The notes beneath the pieces were generated by a model. The model was not told the origin of the DNA. It did not search any database and saw nothing but the letters and a program-made list of their open reading frames with translations. Shown in pieces: positions 63,011-64,000 of a DNA stretch of 64,000 bases. The stretch is from Hemiscyllium ocellatum (lineage: Eukaryota), in assembly GCF_020745735.1 (NCBI RefSeq), contig NC_083412.1, positions 74,366,320-74,430,319 on the forward strand. The letters are read 5' to 3'. Position 1 is the stretch's first letter. Each line of letters opens with the position of its first letter. Both the position numbers and the translations under genes were made by a program.

Positions 63011-64000
63011 AGTTCATCCATGGCATGAACTGATAAATCCAGAATGAATTGCCCCTCCTTAACTTCTTATGAAAAAGTGATGGTAAATTGCCTTCTTGAT
63101 TACAATGTTTGTGGCTTGTGAGACAATTTCAGGTGAAGAATAAGGATCAACCAGATTGTTCTGTCCTTGGAATTTTAAAAAAGCGAGACAGGCTGTCATA
63201 GTAATTGAGTATGTGGTCAAGCGACCATAGACTAAAATTGAACATTCTAAATTGACCCACAGTCGGAGAAAGCAAGCCTGGTAGGAAATTTGCCAAACTA
63301 AATTAAACAGCAGCCAGCTACAGAAAACAAAGGAAGCCCAGATCTAGAGAGGTCACAACTCGTCCGAGGGTATGTTTTAGAGATGTGTCGACCAGATGTT
63401 TTGGCATCTTAACTGCCTGAGAGTGTGCACTTCACACTTCCTGCTATGACAACAATGAATGGTATCGGCACAACCTCATTGGATGATTTGAATCCCATTG
63501 GCCAAAGGCTACAGAATATTCTAGAAGATCGGGGCAAGGACGGGGTGATAGGAACACGCACCTGGATGCTAGAACCTCAGTGAAAGCTCAGGGAAGACAC
63601 AATAAAGACATGGTAATGACTCAGCAAAGACCTGACCTGGCCCAGCAGTTGAGCTGTGACCACCAGAAGGGAGAAAGAGAGAGGCAGAGAGTGAGAGAGT
63701 GTTAGAGGGAGGATCCATCCTGACTTGTAAGATCCACCTTCTTGGAAGAGCCATACTTACAGGGAGGAATGAGATTCCAACAGCCCAGTTCAAGCACGTG
63801 GACCATTGCAGATAATATCTAGCTGGATAGAACTAGGTAGAGAGTAAATATTGTGGGAATTTTTGAAATGCTCAAATAGTGTTTTTAATAAGGAATAGTT
63901 TGTTAATAAAATTGAGTTGAACCACAAACTGAATTCTGTGTCCCTTTGTCCACTACACTGACAAATGCGCTTAGGAAAAGTGTTTCTTATATGTAAACTG

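Noticed and set aside
63110-64000. LTR-like sequence at the window end (similar impression at 30730-31240 and 47000-48040)
   Set aside because: The impression is compositional only. I could not confirm termini, TSD or PBS, so it is not listed as a feature.
1-64000. A novel multi-gene protein system (prokaryote-style operon or defence island)
   Set aside because: This is vertebrate non-coding DNA. Every recognisable ORF derives from a decayed transposable element.

Overview
This is eukaryotic, AT-rich, intronic or intergenic DNA from a cartilaginous fish. I infer a shark, possibly a carpet/bamboo shark, from HE1-type V-SINEs and HER1-type CR1 LINEs. I cannot support any intact host protein-coding gene, rRNA, tRNA or CRISPR array, and the ORFs I can identify are decayed retroelement fragments. 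Much of the window is nested transposable elements: two CR1/L2-group LINE families, Rex1/Babar LINEs, several tRNA-derived SINE families, Penelope-like elements (PLEs) of the Penelope/Poseidon and Neptune types, a decayed Gypsy gag-protease, a pogo/Tigger-type MITE and a PIF/Harbinger-like Myb remnant. The strongest unexplained signal is at least nine minimal type-I hammerhead ribozyme (HHR) motifs carried by the PLE termini, with covarying stem I. Several sit in TSD-flanked foldback insertions. One is a ~440-nt near-perfect hairpin (43512-43951) with an intact hammerhead core on each strand. HHRs in PLEs are established biology, so the novelty lies only in these local architectures. Repeat-poor islands rich in homeodomain-type motifs (about 22.2-23.0, 30.25-30.72, 38.3-38.9 and 51.9-59.2 kb) look like conserved non-coding elements, but this needs alignment. 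Boundaries of old repeats are approximate and all family names were assigned by eye.
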